Below are positions 39,416 to 47,922 of a DNA stretch of 64,000 nt, one piece after another; the stretch's first letter is position 1, and the number at the start of each line of letters is the position of its first letter. A program made the translations under genes and the position numbers. The notes below the pieces were generated by a model, which was not told the DNA's origin, did not search any database, and worked only from the letters and a program-made list of their open reading frames with translations. The stretch covers positions 173,426 through 237,425 of the forward strand of contig CAVWCZ010000006.1 of NCBI GenBank assembly GCA_963753675.1. Direction: 5' to 3'. The stretch is from an uncultured Verrucomicrobiae bacterium. GTDB lineage: Bacteria; Verrucomicrobiota; Verrucomicrobiia; Chthoniobacterales; UBA10450.

Positions 39416-39669
39416 GGGAGAATAATGGGACGGATCGTTATCGAGTTCAAGCGAACGAAAACCGAAGCTGATGCTTTCGCGATTGCAAAAGGAGCTGGAC
39501 CGCGACGCCGACGCGCCCTTTCGCCGCGGGAGCAATCTTTTCGAATTGACAGGGCAAGCCAGCGAAAGAGAGCGCGGCGGCGAGAGTGGCAGCGACAAAG
39601 AGATGTCTCTTCTTCGCTGAACGCTAGCTGGGGAGTGGCGTCTTCAACAATCACCGAACAAGCGTGAAT

Positions 39670-39698
39670 TGATGCTATACGTGAATCACGTATAGCAT
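39670..39698. repeat. perfect 29-bp palindrome
   Basis: gatgctatacgtga-a-tcacgtatagcatc followed by ggttttcg. Confidence 0.8.
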
Positions 39699-39877
39699 CG
39701 GTTTTCGAGCGGACATAAGGGTTAACAAGGGATCAAAGGAATCAACACTCAGAGCTTGCTATCGATTGTTCGCCGCGATGGACAGGATCGCTGAGTTCGT
39801 CGGATTGGCGAGTGTACTTGCTTCTGGCGAAGTCGTCCGACCTCGCCCTGCATTCCGGAAAGGTTTACCGTCAAGGT

Positions 39878-40228
39878 ATGAATCAGCTTTCGAGATTCGT
39901 CAGTTTGCATCCCTACTTCAAGGTGCCTCCGGATAAGATGCCGTATTTGAAGGCGATCCTGCCGGAGTTTGCGGCCAAGACGCGGCACGAAACGGGTAAT
40001 CTTTTCTATGAGTTCACGATCAACGGCGACGAAGTATTCTGCCGCGAAGGCTACGTCGACGCCGAAGCGCTGCTGGCGCACCTGGATAATGTGAGCGCCA
40101 TGCTCGCCCAGGCCCTAACCATGGCGGAGTTGGTCCGGATCGAGGTTCACGGACCAGCCGCAGAGCTCGCGAAACTAAAAGAGCCGCTGGCCCATCTGAA
40201 ACCTGCCTGGTTCGAATTGCACATCTGA
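39878..40228 (+). CDS. ABM (antibiotic biosynthesis monooxygenase-like) domain protein
   Basis: About 116 aa, ferredoxin-like pattern FVSLHPYFKV...GNLFYEF...VRIEVHGP. Weak assignment. Confidence 0.4.
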   Translation: MNQLSRFVSLHPYFKVPPDKMPYLKAILPEFAAKTRHETGNLFYEFTINGDEVFCREGYVDAEALLAHLDNVSAMLAQALTMAELVRIEVHGPAAELAKLKEPLAHLKPAWFELHI

Positions 40229-40277
40229 TTACGATTGGTGGCGCCACGCTGGGAAAGGATGAACGATGAAGGAAGAA

Positions 40278-40642
40278 TTAAGAAGTCTTCGCGCGCTTCA
40301 GGATGGTAACGAAAATTGCGGTTAGCTCTTCGCACTCTTGTCGCAGAGGTGCGAGCTTTTCAACGGTGACAACTCCCGACTCCACGAGCAGTTCCAGCCA
40401 GTAGGCACTTTCTTCAATCTCGCGCAGCGAATCGCCGCATTTCGCGATGAACTCAGCTTTGCTCCGCGCGCGAAAGGCTTCTCGATAATTAGCGCAATAG
40501 AAGTTCCGGAGCGGAGCAATTGCTTCCCAAGCACCTGCGCCTCCGTCGTTTTCGGGAGCGCGGAAAACATGCGCACGATCCGAAGCGCGAAGGCCTTCGT
40601 CCGATCGCGCAGATCCGTTTGAAACTCGCTCGTTGCCCGCAC
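40278..40642 (-). pseudogene. four-helix-bundle protein (23S rRNA IVS / S23p family) with a 1-nt frameshift
   Basis: VRATSEFQTDLRDRTKAFALRIVRMFSALPKTTEAQVLGKQLLRSGTSI, then the expected ANYREAFRARSKAEFIAKCGDSLREIEESAYWLELLVESGVV... continues in another frame down to TAA at 40278-40280. Confidence 0.7.
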
Positions 40643-40744
40643 TCGCTCACTGCTACCCTCGCAGCTTTGCCTTCTATGTCGCTTGTCCCCTTCGCTCAAT
40701 TCTTCCTTCAGCATTCCTCCTTCTTACTTCACATCAACCTGGCG

Positions 40745-40815
40745 TGCATCGTGAAGGCTGTGCGCAGGCAGCGCGAGCACACACGCGAATGTCCCGGCGC
40801 TCACTGCAGTCATCA
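40745..40815 (-). pseudogene. short remnant of the MFS transporter 3-prime end
   Basis: gtgaaggctgtgcgcaggcagcgcgagcacacacgcgaatgtcccggcgctcactgcagtcatcat aligns with 43525-43590. Confidence 0.7.
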
Positions 40816-40937
40816 TAGGGAAGGTTGAGAGTTGATGGTTCACGGTTGAGGGACTCGGAAGTCAGCAGTCAGCGGTCAGACTTTCCCTCTGAAATCATGT
40901 AAATCATGCTAATCCTGTCTAGTCCGGTGTTCCTGCA

Positions 40938-41150
40938 GGCTATGTGCGGGCAGGGCGAGCACGCACGCAAATGTCCCGGCGCTCACTGCAATCATCAACA
41001 GCAAGGCCTAACCGAAATCCACCTACGGTCGCGGCCAGGACAAACGCGCTGACGCCGAGCGCAGCGCCAATCTGTCGGATGAATTGCTGGCTGGTCGTCG
41101 CGCTACCCATGCGGGTAACCGGGACGCTATTCTGCACTACGACAGTGAGC
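40938..41150 (-). pseudogene. about 210-bp remnant of the MFS transporter 3-prime end
   Basis: Peptide QNSVPVTRMGSATTSQQFIRQIGAALGVSAFVLAATVGGFRLG is nearly identical to the C-terminus of 43497..44858. About 90 percent or more nt identity by eye. Confidence 0.85.
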
Positions 41151-41181
41151 GCGGGCCGTGGGTTGCACGGAGGGCGCCGGC

Positions 41182-41880
41182 TTACGGCTCAGAGAACGAA
41201 ACCTCCGCCGGGACGTTCTCCGCGGCGACGAGGCGCACGATTTCATAGCGCCAGGAACCGTCGGGCCGCGGGCCCCATTTGGGATATTTTATCTGGCCAC
41301 TGGAGGCGAGTGGACCAAAGGCCGTGCCCGCTTCACTCTCCCAAGTGCCGAAAAGCATCGGCTCACCTTTTTGGTTGAGCGAAAACCAATTCAAACGCTT
41401 CCCGTCCTTGCGAAAAATTTCCACCCTATGCTCGCCGACCGCGCGCGCGGCCAGATCAGGATCGTTCACCGCGAGGCGATGCAAGGTGCGGTAAACATTC
41501 GCCTCCCACCATTTGCGCTCGTTCTCAAACTGCTCCGGGGAAAGCGGACTCTCTTCCCCATCCCGCCAGCGCCAGCCTTTCTCGCCGTTGATGGCATGGC
41601 GGCGGTCGATCTCCGCACTCTTCGCTTCGAAGCGAACGCGCGGTGTCGAAAAGTCATTCCAAATCTTGTTCGTGTAGGAATCGCGGAGGCGGACATCGTC
41701 GTGGATGGCTTCCACGTGGATGAATTTCACCTTCGCCCACGCTTCACGGCCGCCCATCGCGGCGAGAAGACGTTCCGCCCGCGCACGGCCCGCATCCTCT
41801 TCGGCGGGCGCGCAGGGCACGAGAGCGGCGACCGCCCCGAGCAACGCGAGCGCGCGCCAGCCCGATTTGGTGGTGATCAT
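41182..41880 (-). CDS. secreted hypothetical protein
   Basis: 232 aa, signal peptide MITTKSGWRALALLGAVAALVPCAPA, no recognised domain. Confidence 0.55.
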   Translation of the reverse strand: MITTKSGWRALALLGAVAALVPCAPAEEDAGRARAERLLAAMGGREAWAKVKFIHVEAIHDDVRLRDSYTNKIWNDFSTPRVRFEAKSAEIDRRHAINGEKGWRWRDGEESPLSPEQFENERKWWEANVYRTLHRLAVNDPDLAARAVGEHRVEIFRKDGKRLNWFSLNQKGEPMLFGTWESEAGTAFGPLASSGQIKYPKWGPRPDGSWRYEIVRLVAAENVPAEVSFSEP

Positions 41881-42080
41881 ATGACCAGCCTAAAATACCG
41901 CGCCACCTGCCGTCAACCGAACCACGTCGCGGCAACGGTATTTTTTCGAAAAAAGGCTCGGGCGATTCTTTTAGCTGGTCCGTCCGGAGGCTGCGCGCGG
42001 GAGCCAGGGTCTCCCTGAACGTCGCGCGCGCTAAGATATAGCGCTCGCTGTGAGAGCGCGCGGACGTAGGTTGCAGCCCT

Positions 42081-43073
42081 ATGGCGGGCACAATTCGTTT
42101 TCATCAAACCGGCGGTCCGGAAGTTTTCCAGATCGAAGACCTTGACGTGCCAGCGCCGAAGCATGGCGAAGTGCGCATTACGGTCAAGGCGCTCGGCTTG
42201 AACCGTGCGGAGTCGATGTTCCGCAACGGGCAGTATCTCGAGCAGCCGCAGTTCCCCGCGCGCAACGGCTACGAGGCTGCGGGCACGGTCGAGTCGGTCG
42301 GCGAAGGTGTGGAAGGCCTGCAGCCCGGCGACGCGGTCAGCACGATCCCCGGATTTTCGCTCAACCAATACGGGGTCTACGGCGAGGTCGTCCTCGCGCC
42401 TGCGGCGATGGTCGTGAAGCATCCGGCTTCGCTTTCGTGGGAAGAGGCGGCCTCGATTTGGATGCAATACGTGACCGCTTATGGCGCGCTGATCGAGCTC
42501 GGTAAAATGAAGAAGCGAGACACGGTCCTCATCCCGGCGGCCTCGAGTAGCGTCGGCCTTGCCGCCATTCAGATCACGAACCTGATTCGCGCGACCCCGA
42601 TCGCCCTCACGCGCACGAACGAAAAGCGGCAGGCCTTGCTCGACGCCGGCGCAAAGCATGTCATCGCCACCGAGGAAGAGGACCTGGTCGAGCGCGTGCA
42701 AAAGCTAACCCGCGGCAAAGGCGCGCGCCTCGTCTTCGACCCAGTGGCCGGACCGATGCTCGCGAAGCTAGCCGCAGCCACGAAGCAGAACGGGATCATT
42801 TTCGAATACGGCGCGCTCAGCACCGAGCCGACGCCGTTCCCGCTCTTCGAGGTGCTGGGTAAATCGCTGACTGTGCGCGGCTACGTTCTCTCGGAAGTGA
42901 CCGGCGACGCAAAACGTCTGGCGCGCGCGAAGCAGTTCGTCGTCGATGGGCTCGCTTCCGGAAAGTTGAAGCCGATCATCTCGAAGGTTTTCAAAGGTCT
43001 CGACCAGATGGTCGAGGCGCATCGCTACATGGAAAGTAACACGCAGTTCGGGAAGATCGTGCTCACGATCTGA
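42081..43073 (+). CDS. NADPH:quinone oxidoreductase (MDR/zeta-crystallin family)
   Basis: GEVRITVKALGLNRAE, VLIPAASSSVGLAAIQI nucleotide-binding motif, 330 aa. Confidence 0.85.
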   Translation: MAGTIRFHQTGGPEVFQIEDLDVPAPKHGEVRITVKALGLNRAESMFRNGQYLEQPQFPARNGYEAAGTVESVGEGVEGLQPGDAVSTIPGFSLNQYGVYGEVVLAPAAMVVKHPASLSWEEAASIWMQYVTAYGALIELGKMKKRDTVLIPAASSSVGLAAIQITNLIRATPIALTRTNEKRQALLDAGAKHVIATEEEDLVERVQKLTRGKGARLVFDPVAGPMLAKLAAATKQNGIIFEYGALSTEPTPFPLFEVLGKSLTVRGYVLSEVTGDAKRLARAKQFVVDGLASGKLKPIISKVFKGLDQMVEAHRYMESNTQFGKIVLTI

Positions 43074-43093
43074 CGAGCGGCTCCGGTCGCGGC

Positions 43094-43282
43094 GTGGCGA
43101 TCCGAAGTTCGGTCAACGATGGGCCGGTCGTTATTTATCGCGCCGGGCAGAACTTCTCCGAGATGCCAGGTGATCGACACACTCTTGACGAGAATGCGAG
43201 CAAGACCGAACCGGCTAAGCTGCTGGCCGTGTTCGTGGTCGATACTAACGAGAAGGAACTGTTAACGCCGCTTGAAAAATGA
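43094..43282 (+). pseudogene. cupin domain C-terminal fragment
   Basis: YRAGQNFSEMPGDRHTLDENASKTEPAKLLAVFVVD resembles the last strands of small cupins. Too short to be a complete cupin. Confidence 0.35.
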
Positions 43283-43354
43283 AAGGATGCGCAACGCCCT
43301 GTCATGTTGAGACGACATCCGCTGTTCTGAAAACCTGAAATGCTGAAACGCTGA

Positions 43355-43440
43355 ATGGAGCCAATGGGATGAGCGACATAGAAGGTAAAGTGACGAGGGT
43401 AGGAGCGAGTGAGCGTGAGCAGCGAATGAGTTTCAAACGC
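43355..43440 (+). repeat. four-helix-bundle cassette leader remnant, without a gene
   Basis: gaatggagccaatgggatgagcgacatagaaggtaaagtgacgagggtaggagcgagtgagcgtgagcagcgaatgagtttcaaacgc. Confidence 0.7.
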
Positions 43441-43496
43441 TAAAAGCGAGAATCAGCGCGGTTGAGACGTGACTAACAAGGGAAAGGCACGTTTCG

Positions 43497-44858
43497 CTAT
43501 TCCAAAGCATCAACGTGGTCTGAATGGTGGAGGCTGTGCGCGGGCAGGGCGAGCACGCATGCGAATGTTCCGGCGCTCACTGCAATCATCAACAGCAGGC
43601 CTAATCGAAATCCGCCTACGGCTGCGGCGAGGACAAACGCGCTGACGCCGAGCGCAGCGCCGATCTGCCGGATGAATTGCTGGCTGGTGGTCGCGCTACC
43701 CATGCGGGTAACCGGGACGCTATTCTGCACCACGACAGTGAGCGCGGGCGAGAGCAGTCCCAGTCCGGCGCCTGCGATGAGCGCCGCGGCGATGACCGAG
43801 CTGAGTCCATGTTCGAATGCCACCATGAAAAAAAGAAGTCCCAGAATATGGACAATGATTCCAATCACGCTCGGAAGCCGTTCGCCTATTCGGTGGACTA
43901 ACCGCCCGGAAGCGAAGGCAAACGTGCTCCATCCAATGGTGAACGCGCCAACTACCAGGCCTACAAACGCGCGGTTGTCATGAAAAGCGGCGTTGGTTGC
44001 GAGCGGGAGATAAGCGCTCAGGCCGAAGCCGCTGAAGAAGGCGAGGAATGACGAAGAAATCGACGACGCGTAGCCGGCATGATGAAAGAAAGTCAACGGC
44101 AGAATGGGATGCGGTGTTCGTCCCTCATGCCAGACAAAGGTGGCAAGCAGAACGATTCCGGCGCCAATGAGCGCAGCCTGCATCAGTCCGATTTGTCCCT
44201 CACCGAGATCGACAAACGCCCACATCAGGCAACTGCCTCCGGCGCCGGCGAGAAGCGCGCCCGCAAAATCGAATCGGCCGACGCTATGTCCGATGCTCTC
44301 GCGCATTCCGGCGATGACGAGGAAACCAGCTACAATGGCAATCGGGACGTTGATCAGGAAAGCCCAGCGCCATGAAACGTGCGTCACGATCAGCGTCCCA
44401 AGGAGTGGTCCGGCGACACTCGCGACTGCCCATGCGCTGCTGGCCGCGCCCAGCGCCCTGCCGCGTTTGTCAGGCGGATATACAACTCCGAGAAGAACAA
44501 ACGGAAGCGTGGCAACGGCTCCCGCTCCGATGCCCTGGATGGCGCGAGCGCCGATGAACTCCATCATCGTGCGCGCGATGGCGCAGAGCCCGCTCCCGAC
44601 CGTGAACGCGACAATGCCGATGAGGTACGTGCGCCGGCGTCCCCAGCGATCGGATCCCGGTCCCCAGATCGGCATCGATACCGCCGCGGCGAGCATGTAA
44701 GCCGCAAAGGTCCACGCGTACAGGTGCGCACTGCCAAGCTCAGGCAACGCCACCGGCATGACCGTGCTTACGATCGTGTTGTCGAGCCCGGCAAGAATGA
44801 TCGTGAACAACACACCGAGCAAGACGAGCACGCTGCCGCTCTGTCCGGACGAATCCAC
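43497..44858 (-). CDS. MFS transporter (DHA2-like, 14 TM)
   Basis: 453 aa, GPGSDRWGRRRTYLIG motif A, many TM helices. Confidence 0.88.
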   Translation of the reverse strand: MDSSGQSGSVLVLLGVLFTIILAGLDNTIVSTVMPVALPELGSAHLYAWTFAAYMLAAAVSMPIWGPGSDRWGRRRTYLIGIVAFTVGSGLCAIARTMMEFIGARAIQGIGAGAVATLPFVLLGVVYPPDKRGRALGAASSAWAVASVAGPLLGTLIVTHVSWRWAFLINVPIAIVAGFLVIAGMRESIGHSVGRFDFAGALLAGAGGSCLMWAFVDLGEGQIGLMQAALIGAGIVLLATFVWHEGRTPHPILPLTFFHHAGYASSISSSFLAFFSGFGLSAYLPLATNAAFHDNRAFVGLVVGAFTIGWSTFAFASGRLVHRIGERLPSVIGIIVHILGLLFFMVAFEHGLSSVIAAALIAGAGLGLLSPALTVVVQNSVPVTRMGSATTSQQFIRQIGAALGVSAFVLAAAVGGFRLGLLLMIAVSAGTFACVLALPAHSLHHSDHVDALE

Positions 44859-44918
44859 CTTTCAGAATGGGGCAGCTATAAACATTTGAAAAGCTCGCGA
44901 TTGATCCTGGCTCGACAG

Positions 44919-44983
44919 TGTAGCGGTGCTTGTGACAAGCACCGAATTCGCTAAATCAGGCGCTTGGCACAAGCGCCTCTACA
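44919..44983. repeat. REP3 family, inverted pair of hairpins
   Basis: tgtagcggtgcttgtgacaagcaccg and caggcgcttggcacaagcgcctctaca. Confidence 0.6.
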
Positions 44984-44987
44984 AAGC

Positions 44988-45030
44988 GGACGAGTACGCC
45001 GCTCTGTCCGGACGAATCCAACTTTGAAAG
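44988..45030 (-). pseudogene. remnant of the MFS transporter 5-prime end
   Basis: gagtacgccgctctgtccggacgaatccaactttgaaag versus gagcacgctgccgctctgtccggacgaatccacctttcagaa at 44828-44870. Confidence 0.6.
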
Positions 45031-45131
45031 ATTTCTCACACAACGGTCACAATTCCGTCGCCAAGCGACAAACTGTAGAAGGGGCACAAACTCGAATGCA
45101 CTAGCTGGGAGCGTAAAGGATACAAAGGAAT

Positions 45132-45155
45132 TGTAGAGGCAGGCGTGTCGCCTGC
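45132..45155 (+). repeat. REP3 hairpin TGTAGAGGCAGGCGTGTCGCCTGC
   Basis: Stem GCAGGCG/CGCCTGC with a TGT loop. Same unit as at 57073 and 57111. Confidence 0.65.
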
Positions 45156-45300
45156 GGGAATGCTGGAATTCCCTGGCCCGCGCGCTTCAGCGATTGGCTA
45201 TCATCGTTTTTTGTCATCCGTCAAATCGTGGAGCGCGGCGCGGCGAACCTCAGCGCTGAAAATGAAGCGCTAGTTTGGAGGCATTCTACGAGCTCTATTC

Positions 45301-46638
45301 CTAATCGCGGCTGGAGTGGAAGATTTTGCTCGTACCGTAGCTCTTGCCGACACGGCCGGTGCGGATGAAATCCAGCATCATCGCGAAATAGCCATCCGGA
45401 TGGCGTGTCGAGATGCGCGATCCATCCGCCTTGGTCTCGTATTCGTAGATGCCGTGATCGGTGTGCGGAAAGACCGCCGTCACGATCGGCTTTCCCTCGG
45501 CTGCGAGCGCGCGAAGACGATGGACGGTTTCGGCGCTCGGCGCGTCGGTATCGTCGGCGGCCAGGATCCAGAGCTGCGGAACATTAAGATTGCGCAGCAC
45601 CGGCATCGGATCGTACTGCGCCGGCAGGTGTGGCAAAAGTTCGGGGCCGCGCTTGCGAAGTTGGTCCTGCGACATTTGAAGCAGGGCGAAAGTGATGTCG
45701 CCGTGAATATACTTGAACCATGGCTCCTTCGCGTACCGCGCACGAACTGCATCGAGCCGGTCGTAGCCTTCGCGGAAGTCGCTGAGCAAAATGGCGGCGG
45801 TCGCATCGGCGATTTCCATTGCCTTGGCCATCACATCCGCGCCATAGCCGTGGCGCGTTACGTCCAGCGCGATCGCCTCCCGATCCTCATCGAGCGGGGA
45901 CACTGCCAATCCGAATCCTACGATGACGAAATCGACCGGCTCAATCTTCGCCGCCAGCGGAGCGACCCAGCCGCCCTGGCTCGGGCCCTGGTAACCGATC
46001 CTGTCCGCGCGGCTGCCAGCCAGGCGTTTCGCTTCATGCACCGCTGCAATCGCGTCCTCGGCGAGCAACAGGTAGTCCTGCGTGTAACGTCCCGTAGACG
46101 CGCCGGTCCCGCGCTTATCATAAACGAATGCGCCAATGCCTTCCGCAGGGAACTGGCGCTGCAGGGGGTTGAAATCACGTGCCGAATCGTGCTCCGATCC
46201 GTGGATCAGAACGACGATCGGTACGCGACTGCTGCCCTTCGGCATAACGAGGCGACCCGCCAGGCTGACGCCAGCGCCTTGAAATTTTGTCTCCCTCACG
46301 TCGAATGCGATTCGCTTGCCCTTCACACCATCGAAACTGATTTCGCCCCTGGCGCAATCGGAGAAGGAAACGCGCTTTCTATCGGGACGTTGGGTCCAAC
46401 CGAGGGTACTGGTCCAGCTGCCGTCGCTCTTTTTGGTCAGCTCTCCGGTGGTGCCGTTCCGGCGGCGCCACCGCAGATGGGGACCTTCCGTCGCTCCAAT
46501 ATCGACATCGGTGCTGTCTTCCAAGTGGTACGTGCCGATCCGGCAATCGCTGGTCAGATCGTCCGATGCTACCGCGGTCTCAGCTGCAAGCGCGAACATC
46601 GCCGTCGCGACAACTGCTACCGCAATGTTCATTTCCAT
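45301..46638 (-). CDS. secreted alpha/beta hydrolase (S9/dienelactone hydrolase-like)
   Basis: Signal peptide, nucleophile elbow GYQGPSQGGW, C-terminal D...H region (AADDTD, HTDHG). Confidence 0.75.
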   Translation of the reverse strand: MEMNIAVAVVATAMFALAAETAVASDDLTSDCRIGTYHLEDSTDVDIGATEGPHLRWRRRNGTTGELTKKSDGSWTSTLGWTQRPDRKRVSFSDCARGEISFDGVKGKRIAFDVRETKFQGAGVSLAGRLVMPKGSSRVPIVVLIHGSEHDSARDFNPLQRQFPAEGIGAFVYDKRGTGASTGRYTQDYLLLAEDAIAAVHEAKRLAGSRADRIGYQGPSQGGWVAPLAAKIEPVDFVIVGFGLAVSPLDEDREAIALDVTRHGYGADVMAKAMEIADATAAILLSDFREGYDRLDAVRARYAKEPWFKYIHGDITFALLQMSQDQLRKRGPELLPHLPAQYDPMPVLRNLNVPQLWILAADDTDAPSAETVHRLRALAAEGKPIVTAVFPHTDHGIYEYETKADGSRISTRHPDGYFAMMLDFIRTGRVGKSYGTSKIFHSSRD

Positions 46639-47033
46639 CTTTGATGAGATGCTCCGCGCATCGCGAACAGATTCAAGATTTGACCACGTTCAGGGAAACT
46701 GAAAAGGGGTCACAGCTTGCTATCGAGACTCGTCGCGCTGCCACCTAACTGGATGCACTTGTCTGACCATAGCGATCCCAGCATAATCGTGCGCTGACGA
46801 TGCACGCGTTGGAGCTTTCAGGTGCGCTCGAGTTGAACTTCAGCACGACCCGCCGAGACGCGAGTTTCGATCCTGTTGTATGATGCGCTGGATTTTTCGA
46901 CTGATCGTGATGACGGTGGCGGCCAAACTCGTGAATCGCTATCTCGGCTCGCGTCACCCTCAGCCGCGGTCGCGTGGCTGACACCCGTCCGTTTCGCGCA
47001 TCAGGTTCGGCGCTCGCGGCGAGTATGAAAAGC

Positions 47034-47082
47034 GGGGTCTGATCTGGGGTCTGATCTTGGGTCTGATCTGCGGGTCTGATCT
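47034..47082. repeat. tandem repeat, 4 copies of GGGTCTGATCT(N1-2)
   Basis: ggggtctgatct ggggtctgatctt gggtctgatctgc gggtctgatct, read directly. Confidence 0.9.
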
Positions 47083-47198
47083 AATATTTAACATTCGCTT
47101 CTCGTGAGCTCGTTCATTCCAACGGCGTTATATTGCGATAAAACACGTTCCGGCTTTTCAGATTTGGAGAAGGACATTACGTTTGCGTCTCCGCTCTG

Positions 47199-47450
47199 AT
47201 GTTGCCCAAGACAAAGTACGCTCGCAGCGGCGATATTCGCATTGCTTATCAGATTACAGGCGATGGACCGTTCGATGTCCTATGGGCGCCCGGTACCATG
47301 TCGCATCTCGATCTGGATTGGGAAATACCGCAGAGGGCGCTTTTCTTCGAGCGCTTCAGCAAGTTTTGCCGGCTGATCCGGTTTGATAAACGAGGAACCG
47401 GTTTGAGGTCCCCGCGCCAAGACCGCACATCGTGTTCCGCAAGAGACTAA
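47199..47450 (+). pseudogene. N-terminal fragment of an alpha/beta hydrolase
   Basis: YARSGDIRIAYQITGDGPFDVLWAPGTMSHLDLDWE...LIRFDKRGTGL, then the sequence degenerates and stops after 83 aa. Confidence 0.55.
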
Positions 47451-47531
47451 CCTCGTCGGGTTGGTGAAGAAAAGGGGTGCTAAGCTGTTGTTTGCGGAAC
47501 GGAAGAGCGGCGCGAGAATTCACGGTCTCGC

Positions 47532-47837
47532 ATGAGCAAACCGAAACGAATCCAGCGCAGCCGTGCGAAAGGCTGGAAAATGCCGGCGAACGCCATCTAC
47601 GTTGGTCGACCGACTGTTTGGGGAAACCCGTACGTGGTGGGCTCGGAGCTAATGAACGCCGAAACGCTCACTGCCGAAAAAGCCGTCGAATTATACGAGC
47701 AGCATCTCGCTGATAATTTCAGCGAGCGCGACATTCGCCACTGTCTGCACGACAAGGATCTTGCCTGCTGGTGCGCGCTTGACGAGCCGTGTCACGCCGA
47801 CGTGCTGCTGCGGATCGCGAACTCACGGCCGAAATAG
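47532..47837 (+). CDS. DUF4326 domain protein
   Basis: IYVGRPTVWGNPYVV ... LACWCALDEPCHADVLLRIAN matches the DUF4326 signature. Confidence 0.7.
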   Translation: MSKPKRIQRSRAKGWKMPANAIYVGRPTVWGNPYVVGSELMNAETLTAEKAVELYEQHLADNFSERDIRHCLHDKDLACWCALDEPCHADVLLRIANSRPK

Positions 47838-47922
47838 CCCGCCGCTCGCCCAGGCGAGTAAACTTTGAGTAAACTGGGCGCGGATTTTCGCAAACGCGCA
47901 GAATGCGCGACGTTGCTCGCCC

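Noticed and set aside
45316-46644. 442-aa plus-strand ORF mirroring the alpha/beta hydrolase gene
   Set aside because: The composition is Arg/Ala-rich with no motifs. The minus-strand frame has a signal peptide and a GxSxG nucleophile elbow, so this is a shadow ORF of a GC-rich gene.
39752-46727. Shared 13-mer agcttgctatcga at about 39752 and about 46715
   Set aside because: This is a single short match with no extended similarity in the flanks, which is compatible with chance.
46877-46978. 33-codon ORF MMRWIFRLIVMTVAAKLVNRYLGSRHPQPRSRG, possibly a small membrane peptide
   Set aside because: No ribosome-binding site or conservation evidence can be assessed by eye. It is kept only as a note in the tandem-repeat finding.
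47034-47082. Tandem repeat as a possible CRISPR array
   Set aside because: The units are 12-13 bp and directly abut without spacers. No cas genes are present.
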